Shown here piece by piece: positions 40,620 to 51,043 of a stretch of 64,000 nucleotides of DNA. Every line of letters begins with the position of its first letter. Within the stretch, counting starts at the first letter, position 1. Below the pieces are notes generated by a model, which saw only the letters and a program-made list of their open reading frames with translations, did not search any database and was not told the origin of the DNA. The position numbers and the translations under genes are program-made. The DNA lies in the NCBI GenBank assembly GCA_046482545.1, contig JAWOEX010000028.1, positions 128,001 through 192,000 of the forward strand. The letters run 5' to 3'. This DNA is from Candidatus Thorarchaeota archaeon (lineage in GTDB: Archaea; Asgardarchaeota; Thorarchaeia; Thorarchaeales; Thorarchaeaceae).

Positions 40620-42767
40620 ATGACGAGTGAGAGATTCACCATAATGGCGTTCTTTCTAATAATGATGGGGCTGCTTCCGGGAATGCAGATTCTCACCTCC
40701 GGCAATCCACAGGTCATGGCAATCCATAGTATGGAGAATCATGTTGCCGATTCGAATTTCCCCCGCATATATCATGAAGGAACAGTTGAAAGCATAGAGA
40801 CCATAGAATACCAGTCAATTGAAGAGGCATTGATAGCGTTGAATGATGGTGAGATAGATATCTACGGTCATCCCATCAATGCATCAGATTATGCACTTGT
40901 TGATTCATACACAAATATCGAAAAGCAGTGGGCACATGATAACTGGATTTACACTTTGGCCATCAATACGAGATTCTATCCTCTCGGAAGCACGTATCTC
41001 CGAAGGGCTATCGCCTATGGAATTTCCAAGATTGACATTGTAGAGGTGGCCATGAATGGTACGGTTGATGCTGTGGATTTTGCCGTTCCACTGAATAACG
41101 AATACTCGATAGAAGGAGAAGAAGGAGGGCGCTACTACGAAGACGATTTAGCCAATGCAACAGACATGCTGGCTCTAGCAGGGATGCTGGACGTTGATGA
41201 CGACGGGATGGTTGAAGCACCAAATGGTAGCGATCTTTGTTTGAATCTGTGGTATCCCTCCGATGTATCAGGTCTCTCAGACACGGCATCTTTGATTTCA
41301 GATGATTTGTTTGCCATTGGCATCAATAACACTCTCATTGGTATGGATCAGTCAGTCCTGCAATCTGAAATCAGGAACCATAACCTAACCTATAGCCTTG
41401 CACTCTATCACCAAGAATTTCCTCCTTTCAGCCTTGAATGGATTTCAACTACATTCAAAGAGGAAAACTGGCTGGTGCCGGGAGAAAATATTGCTAATAT
41501 CGATAGTAGTGAACTGAACAATATAGCAGATGAATACGATGATAATCTAGATCTTTCTCAAGCAGGAAAAATCGGTCAAGATGCAATGAGAACTGTGAGA
41601 AATCTCTGCCCAGTTGTTCCCCTTTTTGAAGGGCGTTGGCTTTCTGTATATTCTGAAGACAATTTCAACGGTTGGTTAAACGAAACCAATAGCGGAAGCT
41701 ATAGCATATGGAATCCCGTATCAGTTCAGCCAATTGGTAGCCGAAATGAGCTACGGATAGGAGTGCTTCCTTCGTTCTTCGATGATTTTTTTGTATCAGT
41801 CAATCCATTTGAGGGAAACCCTACAATAGATCACAACTGGATCAGTCGAAACTGCTTTAATCCATACATGCTTGTTTTCGATAGCCCTCTTGCCACATTA
41901 CCAAATGGCGAGGCTGTACCCAGACATGCTACATCGTGGGAGATGTTTTTCGTAGGACAGGTTCCTCAAATCAACAAAACCCAGTCCAGAGCCAGGTACT
42001 ATTTGAGTCCCTCTGCAAATTGGACCGATGGGAAGCAGTTTGACGCGCAAGACTATAGCTTCACCTTCGCCTATTATGGAAACTATTCTCTGGTAGAAAA
42101 CCCTGAATTGATTGAGAAAGTAAAGGTAACAGGAAATTACAGAGCTGGTATAACATATAATGCACCGGACATATTTGCATATCGTAAACTGGGTGAGTTG
42201 CCAATTCTTCCTAGTCACATAATTGAAGGAATGGCCCCAGACAGCTGGAATCTTACGGATAGTAGTTTGGTTGGCTCAGGCCCATACATGATTTCTGATT
42301 TTATCCCTGGAGAATCGCTGACTTTAGAGAGAAATCCGGATTATTATCCCGAGGTTGATATTCAAGCGCCAACACTCAAATCCAAAACAATTGTTCCCCA
42401 GGATCCAATACCAACTGAAAGTGTGCTCATTCGGGTACTTATCGATGATAAGAGTCGATTGACCAGTGTTACGCTTGACTACATCTACGAAGTTGGTTCT
42501 ATAAACTTCACCGAGCACCAAGCCATGATTGAGACTGCTGCCGGGTTTGAAGGAACAATCCCAGCTCGATCAACAGCTAACTCGGTATACTATGAAATAA
42601 CCGCTACTGATTCATGGGGTAACTCAGCTGTTGTTCTAGAGGGTTCATATAGCCGCATCACAGATGATGAGAATAATGAGCTACAAGGTGACCTTTTGAT
42701 CACGATGGGGGTCATTGGAGTGGTAGTGATAGTCGTCGTGGCGACAGTATTGAGACGCAGGCAGTAA
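40620..42767 (+). CDS. Family 5 ABC substrate-binding-like protein with C-terminal beta domain and TM anchor
   Basis: LRRAIAYGI, WTDG...AQDY-x-FT, VGSGPY...GESLTLERNPDYY; C-terminal TM followed by RRRQ. Confidence 0.85.
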   Translation: MTSERFTIMAFFLIMMGLLPGMQILTSGNPQVMAIHSMENHVADSNFPRIYHEGTVESIETIEYQSIEEALIALNDGEIDIYGHPINASDYALVDSYTNIEKQWAHDNWIYTLAINTRFYPLGSTYLRRAIAYGISKIDIVEVAMNGTVDAVDFAVPLNNEYSIEGEEGGRYYEDDLANATDMLALAGMLDVDDDGMVEAPNGSDLCLNLWYPSDVSGLSDTASLISDDLFAIGINNTLIGMDQSVLQSEIRNHNLTYSLALYHQEFPPFSLEWISTTFKEENWLVPGENIANIDSSELNNIADEYDDNLDLSQAGKIGQDAMRTVRNLCPVVPLFEGRWLSVYSEDNFNGWLNETNSGSYSIWNPVSVQPIGSRNELRIGVLPSFFDDFFVSVNPFEGNPTIDHNWISRNCFNPYMLVFDSPLATLPNGEAVPRHATSWEMFFVGQVPQINKTQSRARYYLSPSANWTDGKQFDAQDYSFTFAYYGNYSLVENPELIEKVKVTGNYRAGITYNAPDIFAYRKLGELPILPSHIIEGMAPDSWNLTDSSLVGSGPYMISDFIPGESLTLERNPDYYPEVDIQAPTLKSKTIVPQDPIPTESVLIRVLIDDKSRLTSVTLDYIYEVGSINFTEHQAMIETAAGFEGTIPARSTANSVYYEITATDSWGNSAVVLEGSYSRITDDENNELQGDLLITMGVIGVVVIVVVATVLRRRQ

Positions 42768-42768
42768 T

Positions 42769-44292
42769 CTAGTTGGACTTCCGTTTCATAGACCACCAAT
42801 AAACAGTTATGCCAAGTAGTACTAGCCCCACCATCCCGAGAAGCAGGTAAGGTGCATACAGTATCAGAGAGTCATTTGGCCAAATATCTGCAAGCGCTTC
42901 ACCGGCGCTCAGCCATGAGTCAGATATTGCCTGTAGATGGTTAGAGATGTTTGTCAAATCATCCTTGAAGACGGCAAGTGTATTTTCGAGGGCACCTGAC
43001 TGGTTCAGCTCTATTGACATATCACGAAATACATCAGCAACATACCCCTCAGCTGCACTCACATTCCCGGGAAATAGCAGAGTGGAATTATCAGATAACA
43101 CACTAAAAGCGTTCAGTGCTTCTTCGGCAGAAGCTGTAAAGGCAGACAGATTGTATTCGCTTAGAAAGGAAGGCAAACTGGACAGAGCGTTACGATATGA
43201 CAGATACTGTAGCGTTACCTGAGTCTGTAAGCCCAACCCGATGAAGTTCAACACTTGAGATTGGATTTCCGTGGCATCAGGAGCACCAGAGAAGACACTG
43301 AGATATTCCGAGAGGGCATCCGCAGTCATGTCAGAAGCCATCTGCTCAAAAGCCTTTCCACCGTAATCGAATAGATACGCACTTGCGCTATTTGGATCAT
43401 ATGATGAGCCCACACCAAGCAAGCGGTCACGCACATAAGGCCCAAGGCGATCTCCGAAATCTGGAGCCTTACCGCCTTCATCTGGTTCCAATAGCATGCT
43501 GATGTAATACCGATTGCTCCAAGCTTTGTTTAGAGCAGTATAGCTGATTTCTGTATAGTTGCCTCGCCCGTCTTCAGGATAGCTGTAATTTTCTCCAAAG
43601 GCTCCTACACCCGGATCCAATATTGTTGCCTTGCCACCCGCGTCATCATATCCAACTATAACAACAGCATGAGCTCCACCAGTTAATCCTTGTTCCCTTA
43701 GAACATCATAATCGGCAGTCGGCAACCATGAAGGGTCAACACTTACGACAAGAGGATATCCCCTATCAATTGCCGCTCTCATGATATCCAAAGCAGCGGA
43801 ATCTTCCTCCAGAAGACTAACGCTTGTTCCTTGGCTTCTCCACACTTCCGCTTGGTCTTCGGCACCATCCAACTCTCCAGACATGTACACGCTGAGATTG
43901 AGCCCATAAAGGTCCGCAACAAACTGGGTCGGTTCAACCTGTTTATAGAGTACTCCGGGAAACATCGTTAGAGTGTCGTTGTACTGGATATAGACGAAAG
44001 AAAAACCGGTACCGGTCAACGCGAATAGGCTATGAAGGTCCACATCAACACCAGCATAGTTCAAAGCGCTAGTCAATGACGCCCATGCACAGAATCCATT
44101 AATCTCCTGCCACACATAAGGCACACCAGATAGAAGCTTGGCAGACTCGCCTTGTGCACGAGCCATATCTGTTGGCTGTGTATCTGTATCTTCTACGGTT
44201 GTAGAACCCACTATCAACAAAATAATGACGAATAATGAAACAATATGCTGCTTCATCGAAACTCTGGATAAGAATGAGTGGGTTCGTTTCAT
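42769..44292 (-). CDS. Membrane-anchored C39-like (papain-fold) peptidase
   Basis: VPYVWQEINGFCAWAS (Q/C), HAVVIVGYD (H), ILDPG (D); signal peptide and C-terminal TM. Confidence 0.8.
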   Translation of the reverse strand: MKRTHSFLSRVSMKQHIVSLFVIILLIVGSTTVEDTDTQPTDMARAQGESAKLLSGVPYVWQEINGFCAWASLTSALNYAGVDVDLHSLFALTGTGFSFVYIQYNDTLTMFPGVLYKQVEPTQFVADLYGLNLSVYMSGELDGAEDQAEVWRSQGTSVSLLEEDSAALDIMRAAIDRGYPLVVSVDPSWLPTADYDVLREQGLTGGAHAVVIVGYDDAGGKATILDPGVGAFGENYSYPEDGRGNYTEISYTALNKAWSNRYYISMLLEPDEGGKAPDFGDRLGPYVRDRLLGVGSSYDPNSASAYLFDYGGKAFEQMASDMTADALSEYLSVFSGAPDATEIQSQVLNFIGLGLQTQVTLQYLSYRNALSSLPSFLSEYNLSAFTASAEEALNAFSVLSDNSTLLFPGNVSAAEGYVADVFRDMSIELNQSGALENTLAVFKDDLTNISNHLQAISDSWLSAGEALADIWPNDSLILYAPYLLLGMVGLVLLGITVYWWSMKRKSN

Positions 44293-44342
44293 AAGGATGA
44301 CGATGGTGGAGATTCAAGCCCACAAATTCTCAAGAACAGGCA

Positions 44343-45140
44343 CTACTTCGAAATGAGAGAATCCAATTGAGATTTTGCCTTTCGGATTTCATCGATGGCT
44401 GAACAATCAGATGCATAATCAAGCGGAGCTCTTCCCTTTCGTCCCGCAGTACGGACATTTTCATCATCAGGTATCATTCCGATAAGTGAGAAACCTCTAG
44501 CAGCAACTTCCTCTTCGATGAAGGTTTGATCCTGTTCACCACGAACCTTATTGCCGACTACAACAGCTTTGCTGTGGCCAATATCTCCCGCAAGACCAAC
44601 GATTCTGTTAAGTGTGCGTATGGAACTCATACTAGGCTCTACAACCACAACAAGTGCATCCATCCCCTTTGTCGTCCCTCTGCCTAGGTGTTCTATTCCT
44701 GCATCCATATCCATGAGGAAGGCTTCGTCTTCGGCAATAATGAGATGTCTAATCAATGCTTTGAGCAACGCGGCTGAAGGACACATACATCCTGACCCGC
44801 CCACATTCACTGTTCCCGCTACAAGTAATCGCACATTGTCTGGACAAGTCACAGCAAATCTTTCTGCTAAATCTGCTACCCGTGGATTCTTCCTGAAAAA
44901 GCCTCCAACAGCCTTTACCCACTCGGTTTTTGTTCGCTCTTCTACGACCTCATCCTGCTCAAGAAGAGGTACAATTCCCTTAGCCTTGTCCTCCTCTAGG
45001 CCCAACGAAACCCATAGGTTGTAGTTAGGATCCGCGTCAACTGCAAGCATGTCAACACCATCACGGCCCCAGAGTCGGGCGAGTGTGCCGGCAATAGTCG
45101 TTTTTCCACAGCCGCCTTTTCCAGTCACTGCTATCTTCAT
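44343..45140 (-). CDS. cooC: CooC/AcsF-type nickel-insertion ATPase
   Basis: KIAVTGKGGCGKTT, VDADP, GSGCMCP, DMDAGIEHLGRG. Confidence 0.88.
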   Translation of the reverse strand: MKIAVTGKGGCGKTTIAGTLARLWGRDGVDMLAVDADPNYNLWVSLGLEEDKAKGIVPLLEQDEVVEERTKTEWVKAVGGFFRKNPRVADLAERFAVTCPDNVRLLVAGTVNVGGSGCMCPSAALLKALIRHLIIAEDEAFLMDMDAGIEHLGRGTTKGMDALVVVVEPSMSSIRTLNRIVGLAGDIGHSKAVVVGNKVRGEQDQTFIEEEVAARGFSLIGMIPDDENVRTAGRKGRAPLDYASDCSAIDEIRKAKSQLDSLISK

Positions 45141-45452
45141 ACTTTGTTCTTCTCTGATGATTGATAATGAATCTGTCGAACTTACGAACATGGCTCGCGA
45201 AATTAAATGGTAACTCTATACCCCATGATCACAATTTGTGGCTACTGATTGTGACACCATGTAGTGACTTTCTATTATATACTGAATCCGAGTGGTTTAT
45301 CGTGTGAAACAAAATGGCACGAATTGATTACGACCAACTCGGAATTAACAGAAGAAACGGAAAAAAGCACCAGTCAACTGACACTATCGTCTATGCTTAT
45401 GCGACACGAGTGAGATGAAATTGCGAGAGGCCCAGTTTATATACTCGGATGC

Positions 45453-46364
45453 ATGAAACATACAAAGCTAGAGGAGATGAGTTGTTTGTCAGATGATTCG
45501 AATTTGACACCACATAGGCAGTCCTCAGAAGAAGAGGACGAATTGCTGAAAGGCCCAGAAGATGTAGTTGAGGTGAGGCAAATGACACCACACGGCCGGC
45601 GCAAAAGCATGCATCACAAGAGCAACGCTGCATTTGGTGGGTTCTTATCTTGGGTTGTTTTTGTTATCATATGGCTCTTCTTTTTTGCAGGAGGGTTCGG
45701 AATCTTCGAGAACATGGCTGTAGTGCTTTCATCCTTCTTTGTGACAGGAGGGGTCATAGGAGCGATTTGGTCGCCAGGTGGTACCGGTTCTCAAGGTACG
45801 GGTTGGCGGATTAACGTATCAATTATGAGTGGAGTAATTTGGTTAGCATTCATAATCTTGTGGCTGCCATTCTTTATGGAGGGTTTCTCGCTCTATCAAA
45901 ACATCGCTGTAATTGTGGGCTCAACGTTACTACTCCTGCTTGTGAACAGCAGCTCTTGGGTTAGTGCTGCGCCTACAATAGACAACATCAAGAAACGGAC
46001 CTCAGTTGGATCTGCGGTTTTCTTCATTTGGATAGTGATTAGTATCTACTGGTTATGGTTCCAAGCTGACGCATATGTCTGGGAACAAAACTTCGCACTC
46101 GGACTGCTTTCTACTCTAATTGTGCTTTTGATCGAAACAGGTGTGTTCAGATCAGCCATTGGTACCTCCAAGGACATGATCAATCCATACATCCCGATAG
46201 GACTGCTATTTGTATGGATGGCGGTCCTGTTTGTATGGTTCTGGTTCTTTGGGGAACCTTACAACGTATATCAGAATTTCGCGGTCTTTCTTGCATCCAT
46301 GATGCTTTTTGCTGGAATCGGGTATTTATATACCAGAAATAGCGGGATTCTATTGAAGATCTAG
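45453..46364 (+). CDS. Polytopic membrane protein built from repeated two-helix units
   Basis: Four repeats of W...W(L/F)xF...(Y/F/W)(Q/E)N(I/M/F)A(V/L). Confidence 0.8.
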   Translation: MKHTKLEEMSCLSDDSNLTPHRQSSEEEDELLKGPEDVVEVRQMTPHGRRKSMHHKSNAAFGGFLSWVVFVIIWLFFFAGGFGIFENMAVVLSSFFVTGGVIGAIWSPGGTGSQGTGWRINVSIMSGVIWLAFIILWLPFFMEGFSLYQNIAVIVGSTLLLLLVNSSSWVSAAPTIDNIKKRTSVGSAVFFIWIVISIYWLWFQADAYVWEQNFALGLLSTLIVLLIETGVFRSAIGTSKDMINPYIPIGLLFVWMAVLFVWFWFFGEPYNVYQNFAVFLASMMLFAGIGYLYTRNSGILLKI

Positions 46365-46705
46365 ATTGGGAACAGTAAAGTGAGATTCATAGGTTGTGTC
46401 AGCATGTTGCAATTGCGGCGGATGACCTTCCCTTTGTCTTAACTTGAATTTATACAGAGAGAGAAGCGGTAGAATATGGGGCGCATAGACGATAAATATG
46501 AACCAATTGTCTATTGCTTTATCAGATACTTTCAGAGTTCGTCAGTTTCTATAGATAGGCCCCATAGGCTGTAAGCTCAACAGACGTTATTGAACGGTCG
46601 GTAGCTGCAGCTATTGTTATGGGGTTTGGGATGCTAGGTCGATCAGTTCATGTCAAATCTTACACTCTGACATGCCGATTTGTTTTGGGTTTTGTAGGAT
46701 TTGCA

Positions 46706-48031
46706 TTATTCTAGAGTTTGCTCACCCATTACATTCGAGCTTCCGCGTTCAAATTGCAGTCGAAACAACGTCCCAACTACTTGTTCATCCTCAACAACGT
46801 CTTGAGCTTCCATTGTTATATCGCAAATCTCGGCAAGACCTCGGATGAGAATGATACCAAGACCTACTCCCGGCGCAGACCGACTAGAAAGCGAATCAGG
46901 GTTGTTGAGAAAATCTTGAACCTCAGTAGGTAGGCCCCCAGCTCTATCTAGAATCTCTACCATCACATGTTTCTTCGATTTTCTGAATGCTCTCACTGTG
47001 AGGCTTTTTGTTCCATGTTTGAATGCATTGTCGAAGATATTCCAAAACATCTCTTTGACTAACTTACACGAGAGAATGTACACATTTTCTTCAATCTCGA
47101 CTGTTATCCTCTCAGGTTCGATATCATACTCACGTATAACTCTCTCAGAGACTCCTTCTAGAATTCCTGCAAGATTCAGGGGGGTCTCCATAGCTTGTAC
47201 ACGTGTTACTGTTGCAGTTAAGTACCGAATTTCCTCCAGAAAATCCATCATGTCCTTGACAACCTCAGATGCCATTTCAAGCCACATTTCATGATCAGTC
47301 TCTGAGGTAATAGCTTGATCAATAGCTCCATTAAGATTGCCCGCATAATTACGAATATCATGATTTAGAATGCTCCCCAGCAATTGAGAGATCTGATGTT
47401 GAGCACTCAAATTTTCAGCCGTGGTCTTGATAAAGAATGATAAGAGACCCGAACCAGTTGCCATGACACTAATTGATAAAAGCAGGACGTGAACACTCAA
47501 TAGGTTCAACAATGAAAACGGTATAAAAAGTAGTGTTGAAACGCCCCAAAGGACAAATCCAACATATGCAGTCCAAAAATCTAAGCTTTCCGCATCGTTA
47601 TCTCTTCTAAATTGTTCTGCTGAATACCAACATGATAAGGCTGAAGGCACCCCGACAACTGTATAGGCAATATCATAGGAAACATCAAGTACAATTCCAA
47701 CGCCTACTATGGCAAGTCCAATTCCTACGGCTAGAATGTACATCAACAAGCTACTGCCTTCTCTCTGATGTTTATTCGCTCCATCAAATAGAAAGATGGA
47801 TCCTAGTAGAATACCTGAGGTAGCTAAGCTATCGGTTATTTCAAGACCAGCAGTACCTATCATAATACTGAGGGCAGTTGTAATACTGTAAACCATCCAG
47901 CCTGCTGCCCATAGTTTGTAGCGAACTCCGGTTGAATATCTATACAGCCCATATGATACTAATGCGATGAAAGCAACAAGGCCTGTAAACGATATCACCA
48001 CTGCAGGCTCAAAAACAGGAACAGTCTGCAA
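46706..48031 (-). CDS. Histidine kinase with N-terminal seven-TM sensor region
   Basis: LNHDIRN H-box, NIFDNAFKHG, DRAGG, GVGLG; start uncertain (TTG at 48031, or the longer ORF to 48187). Confidence 0.85.
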   Translation of the reverse strand: MQTVPVFEPAVVISFTGLVAFIALVSYGLYRYSTGVRYKLWAAGWMVYSITTALSIMIGTAGLEITDSLATSGILLGSIFLFDGANKHQREGSSLLMYILAVGIGLAIVGVGIVLDVSYDIAYTVVGVPSALSCWYSAEQFRRDNDAESLDFWTAYVGFVLWGVSTLLFIPFSLLNLLSVHVLLLSISVMATGSGLLSFFIKTTAENLSAQHQISQLLGSILNHDIRNYAGNLNGAIDQAITSETDHEMWLEMASEVVKDMMDFLEEIRYLTATVTRVQAMETPLNLAGILEGVSERVIREYDIEPERITVEIEENVYILSCKLVKEMFWNIFDNAFKHGTKSLTVRAFRKSKKHVMVEILDRAGGLPTEVQDFLNNPDSLSSRSAPGVGLGIILIRGLAEICDITMEAQDVVEDEQVVGTLFRLQFERGSSNVMGEQTLE

Positions 48032-48568
48032 GAAATAATCATCTCCGGAATTGCTTTTTTTTAATGTAATAATTGAATAAAAAGGCTTACACTTTTTTAG
48101 TTGCGATTGTGTTATTCTTCCATATGTACTTTTTGGGGAGGTAGGCTCTGTGTGAAAAGTCAACAAGGAAGTAAGGAAACGGAGCAATCAAATTACAAGA
48201 TGCCTGATTTCTAACTTCATTTCCCTGTTTTGCGATCAGTCACATTCATCGCTAAAGACTTTTCACACAGCACCGGGGAGGTATGAACCAAACATAAATT
48301 TCTGCAGGTCATTTGGAATAGGCAAGGTGATAGTACTACTATCACAAGATGACTGTTGTAACAAAATTTGGAATCGTAATTGATAGTTGCTATGAAGAAA
48401 CTCAGGGGTTAGATTCTCTATCAGGGGGCACCAGACCCTCGACCTTTCCGCTAGATTATCGCCTTCTCTTTCTACCACCAGGGTAACAAAATGAAATTGA
48501 AGTGTCGAAAAGAAAACTACTTAGGAACCATCAGAAGGAAAGAATTCACCAACAAAAGGTTCTCAAGG

Positions 48569-49648
48569 ATGAATTACCATATCGTGCTTACAAGACGCTG
48601 TAATCTCAACTGTTCATATTGCCATGGGGGAGAGCAGAATGAAGATACCGAAATAACGTATTCTCTCGATGAGATTGATTCATTCTTAGAGCAGGACAGA
48701 GACCCGCAGCTCATGCTCTATGGAGGGGAGCCAACTCTTCGCATCCAAACCATGATTGAAATGATGGAGAAATTTTCTGATGCGCGATTCATGTTACAGA
48801 CCAATGCTCTTCTCCTTAATAAGATTCCACAGAAGTATGTTAAGAGAATCCATTCCATTCTCGTCTCAATTGATGGCCGAAAATACGTTACCGACGGCTA
48901 CAGATCAAGAGGAGTCTACGATAAGGTTTTGGAAAATGTCAGATGGCTTCGCGATATCAACTATCCTGGAGATGTCGTAGCTAGGATGACGGTCTCACAG
49001 CAGAGCGATATCTATCGGGATGTCAACCATCTGCTTGATTTTGAAGACCCATCATTTGATTATGTTCACTGGCAGCTGAACGTTATCTGGGATGCGGAAG
49101 GAAACTGGCAGAACTTCGACAAGTGGGTAGAGGAATCGTACAATCCCGGTATCACGCGTTTAGCGTCAGAGTGGGTAGAAACCATGGAATCTGGAGAGGT
49201 GAAGGGGATAGTTCCGTTCATGCCAATTATGTACACTCTTCTGACGGGTGAACCTTCTAGACTCCGATGTGGTTCAGGAATAGATACCTTTGCAATTCAC
49301 GTGGATGGAAGAATAGGAATATGTCCGATATCACCAGACTGGGACTTCTCGATTGTTGGAGATATCTACAACACTAAGCCTAAGGATTTACGAGACGTTA
49401 TGACAGCCGATGAGCCCTGTCCATCGTGCGAGGTATACGACGTATGTGGCGGAAGGTGCCTATTTTCCAACAAACAGCGTCTCTGGGGAGAAGAAGGTTT
49501 CAACAAGGTCTGTACTACCGTCAAACATCTCATCAAAGAACTGGAGAGTTGTATTCCCAGAGTGCAAAAACTAGTTAATCAAGGCGTCATTGACATTGAA
49601 CAACTCAATTATCCCGAGTTCAACAACGGTTGCGAAATCATTCCATAG
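48569..49648 (+). CDS. Radical SAM/SPASM protein (AF0577/TIGR04084-like)
   Basis: CNLNCSYC, YGGEP, QTN, VSIDG, SPASM cysteines CGSG...C...CPSC...CGGRC...C, C-terminal EIIP. Confidence 0.85.
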   Translation: MNYHIVLTRRCNLNCSYCHGGEQNEDTEITYSLDEIDSFLEQDRDPQLMLYGGEPTLRIQTMIEMMEKFSDARFMLQTNALLLNKIPQKYVKRIHSILVSIDGRKYVTDGYRSRGVYDKVLENVRWLRDINYPGDVVARMTVSQQSDIYRDVNHLLDFEDPSFDYVHWQLNVIWDAEGNWQNFDKWVEESYNPGITRLASEWVETMESGEVKGIVPFMPIMYTLLTGEPSRLRCGSGIDTFAIHVDGRIGICPISPDWDFSIVGDIYNTKPKDLRDVMTADEPCPSCEVYDVCGGRCLFSNKQRLWGEEGFNKVCTTVKHLIKELESCIPRVQKLVNQGVIDIEQLNYPEFNNGCEIIP

Positions 49649-49776
49649 GGAGATACAGGATTACGGTAAATACAGAGTTCTGAGCCACCAACAATGCAAA
49701 TCAATTCGATTCCACGAAGAAGCAATAGAATACATTATCTAAACAAGGAAGTGTGTAAGAAGTGCGGGAACATCAT

Positions 49777-50301
49777 TCAGATTCGCATTTCCTCTTCTTC
49801 ATCAATCGTTTCATCGCAAAGATCTTTTCTCATTACGATGATTTCTTCTCCTGCCCGTTCCGTTCGGTTCACTTCCTTGTAGCCCATGTTATTATAGAAA
49901 TCAACTTGGTAATCGATACTGCCATAGACTTCGAGTTCTACACACTTCGCGTTTTGATGGTCAAGCAAATTATCTGCATATTCCACCATTATGGTGCCTA
50001 TGCGTCGGTTCCGGAATTTCTTACGTACGGCCATACGGCTAACTACACCTATTTGGCCACGCATACCGACTCTCATGGTCCCTGCTATCTCATTGCCAAC
50101 GAGCGCAACATACTGATTGCCCATCTGGATGTGTCTTGCGATCTTATCCAATCCTTCCGTCAGCGCACCGGGCATCCGTGAAAGTTCTTTTTCGATGGGG
50201 GTGTATGCCTCTCGAAGGATGGCCTTGATAGCATCAACTTCTGAAAGCTCTGCTTTTCTTATCCTAATCTCAGCATAGTTGTACATGGCTTCCACTACCA
50301 A
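49777..50301 (-). CDS. GNAT-family N-acetyltransferase
   Basis: MAVRKKFRNRRIGT motif A; FYNNMGY. Confidence 0.9.
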   Translation of the reverse strand: MVVEAMYNYAEIRIRKAELSEVDAIKAILREAYTPIEKELSRMPGALTEGLDKIARHIQMGNQYVALVGNEIAGTMRVGMRGQIGVVSRMAVRKKFRNRRIGTIMVEYADNLLDHQNAKCVELEVYGSIDYQVDFYNNMGYKEVNRTERAGEEIIVMRKDLCDETIDEEEEMRI

Positions 50302-50471
50302 ATGGAGTATTCATTTTCTATATAGATAGGGGTCAGTCATAAGTTATTTGTTTCGTCAACAAGAAGATACCAGAGCTAGTCCGGATCGATTCTCTTAGGC
50401 AAATCAATGCTCCTCTGAAAGGCTAAATTTAATACAATCAGGGATATGCTTCATAGATGAGAGATTTACTT

Positions 50472-50618
50472 ATGCCCGATGAAAATAACGAAGAGATTGC
50501 TGAGTCTGACAAGCTGACAGAAAAGGATAAGCAGGAAATCCAAGAGGGTGCTTGTGTCAACTGTGCCATCGCTGTGTTCCTTTTAGCAGTAGCTACATTA
50601 TCCGCAATGCTTCTTTGA
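50472..50618 (+). CDS. 48-aa small protein: acidic N-terminus, CVNC, C-terminal TM helix
   Basis: MPDENNEEIAESDKLTEKDKQEIQEGACVNCAIAVFLLAVATLSAMLL*; TTTAATA upstream; abuts the next ORF. Confidence 0.55.
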   Translation: MPDENNEEIAESDKLTEKDKQEIQEGACVNCAIAVFLLAVATLSAMLL

Positions 50619-50619
50619 A

Positions 50620-51012
50620 TTGGTCGATCTCAGAATGACATTCCTGATTGATCCGCCGCTCCTCGTTGGACTAGCCATGTTATCTCAGTATCTAGGGTCG
50701 AAGATTACATCCGGGAATAGCCGAAAAATTGGCCAGCTTCTCGCCCTCTTCAGCTTGTGTACTATCATGTTTACAAGCAGCTCGTTGTATCTGAATATGT
50801 GGTATATGGACTGGTTCTGGTGCCCATTCCAACCTCTTGTTGCGTCCGGCAAAGACCTTATGATCAATTCTGGGATTTTTTCTTTCGAATCCGTTAACAC
50901 TGCAGGTCTTATTGATGCACTTGCAGCGTTTCAAATCATACTCTATCCTGTGTGGATATACCTTGGTTATAGGATATACTACTGGCTATTCCCCTCTTCA
51001 AAGGGTTCATAA
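50620..51012 (+). CDS. Hypothetical membrane protein
   Basis: IDPPLL...; three hydrophobic segments. Confidence 0.7.
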   Translation: MVDLRMTFLIDPPLLVGLAMLSQYLGSKITSGNSRKIGQLLALFSLCTIMFTSSSLYLNMWYMDWFWCPFQPLVASGKDLMINSGIFSFESVNTAGLIDALAAFQIILYPVWIYLGYRIYYWLFPSSKGS

Positions 51013-51043
51013 TCCTTCTCAATTCTGAGCAAGGTGGGGAGTC

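Noticed and set aside
45229-45254. TCACAAT-N12-ATTGTGA inverted repeat upstream of cooC as a nickel-regulator site
   Set aside because: Short arms, no matching regulator nearby, and not the NikR consensus I know
46320-46378. Possible frameshift at the C-terminus of the 45453 membrane protein (alternative tail RDSIEDLDWEQ*)
   Set aside because: It affects only a few terminal residues and cannot be supported without homologs
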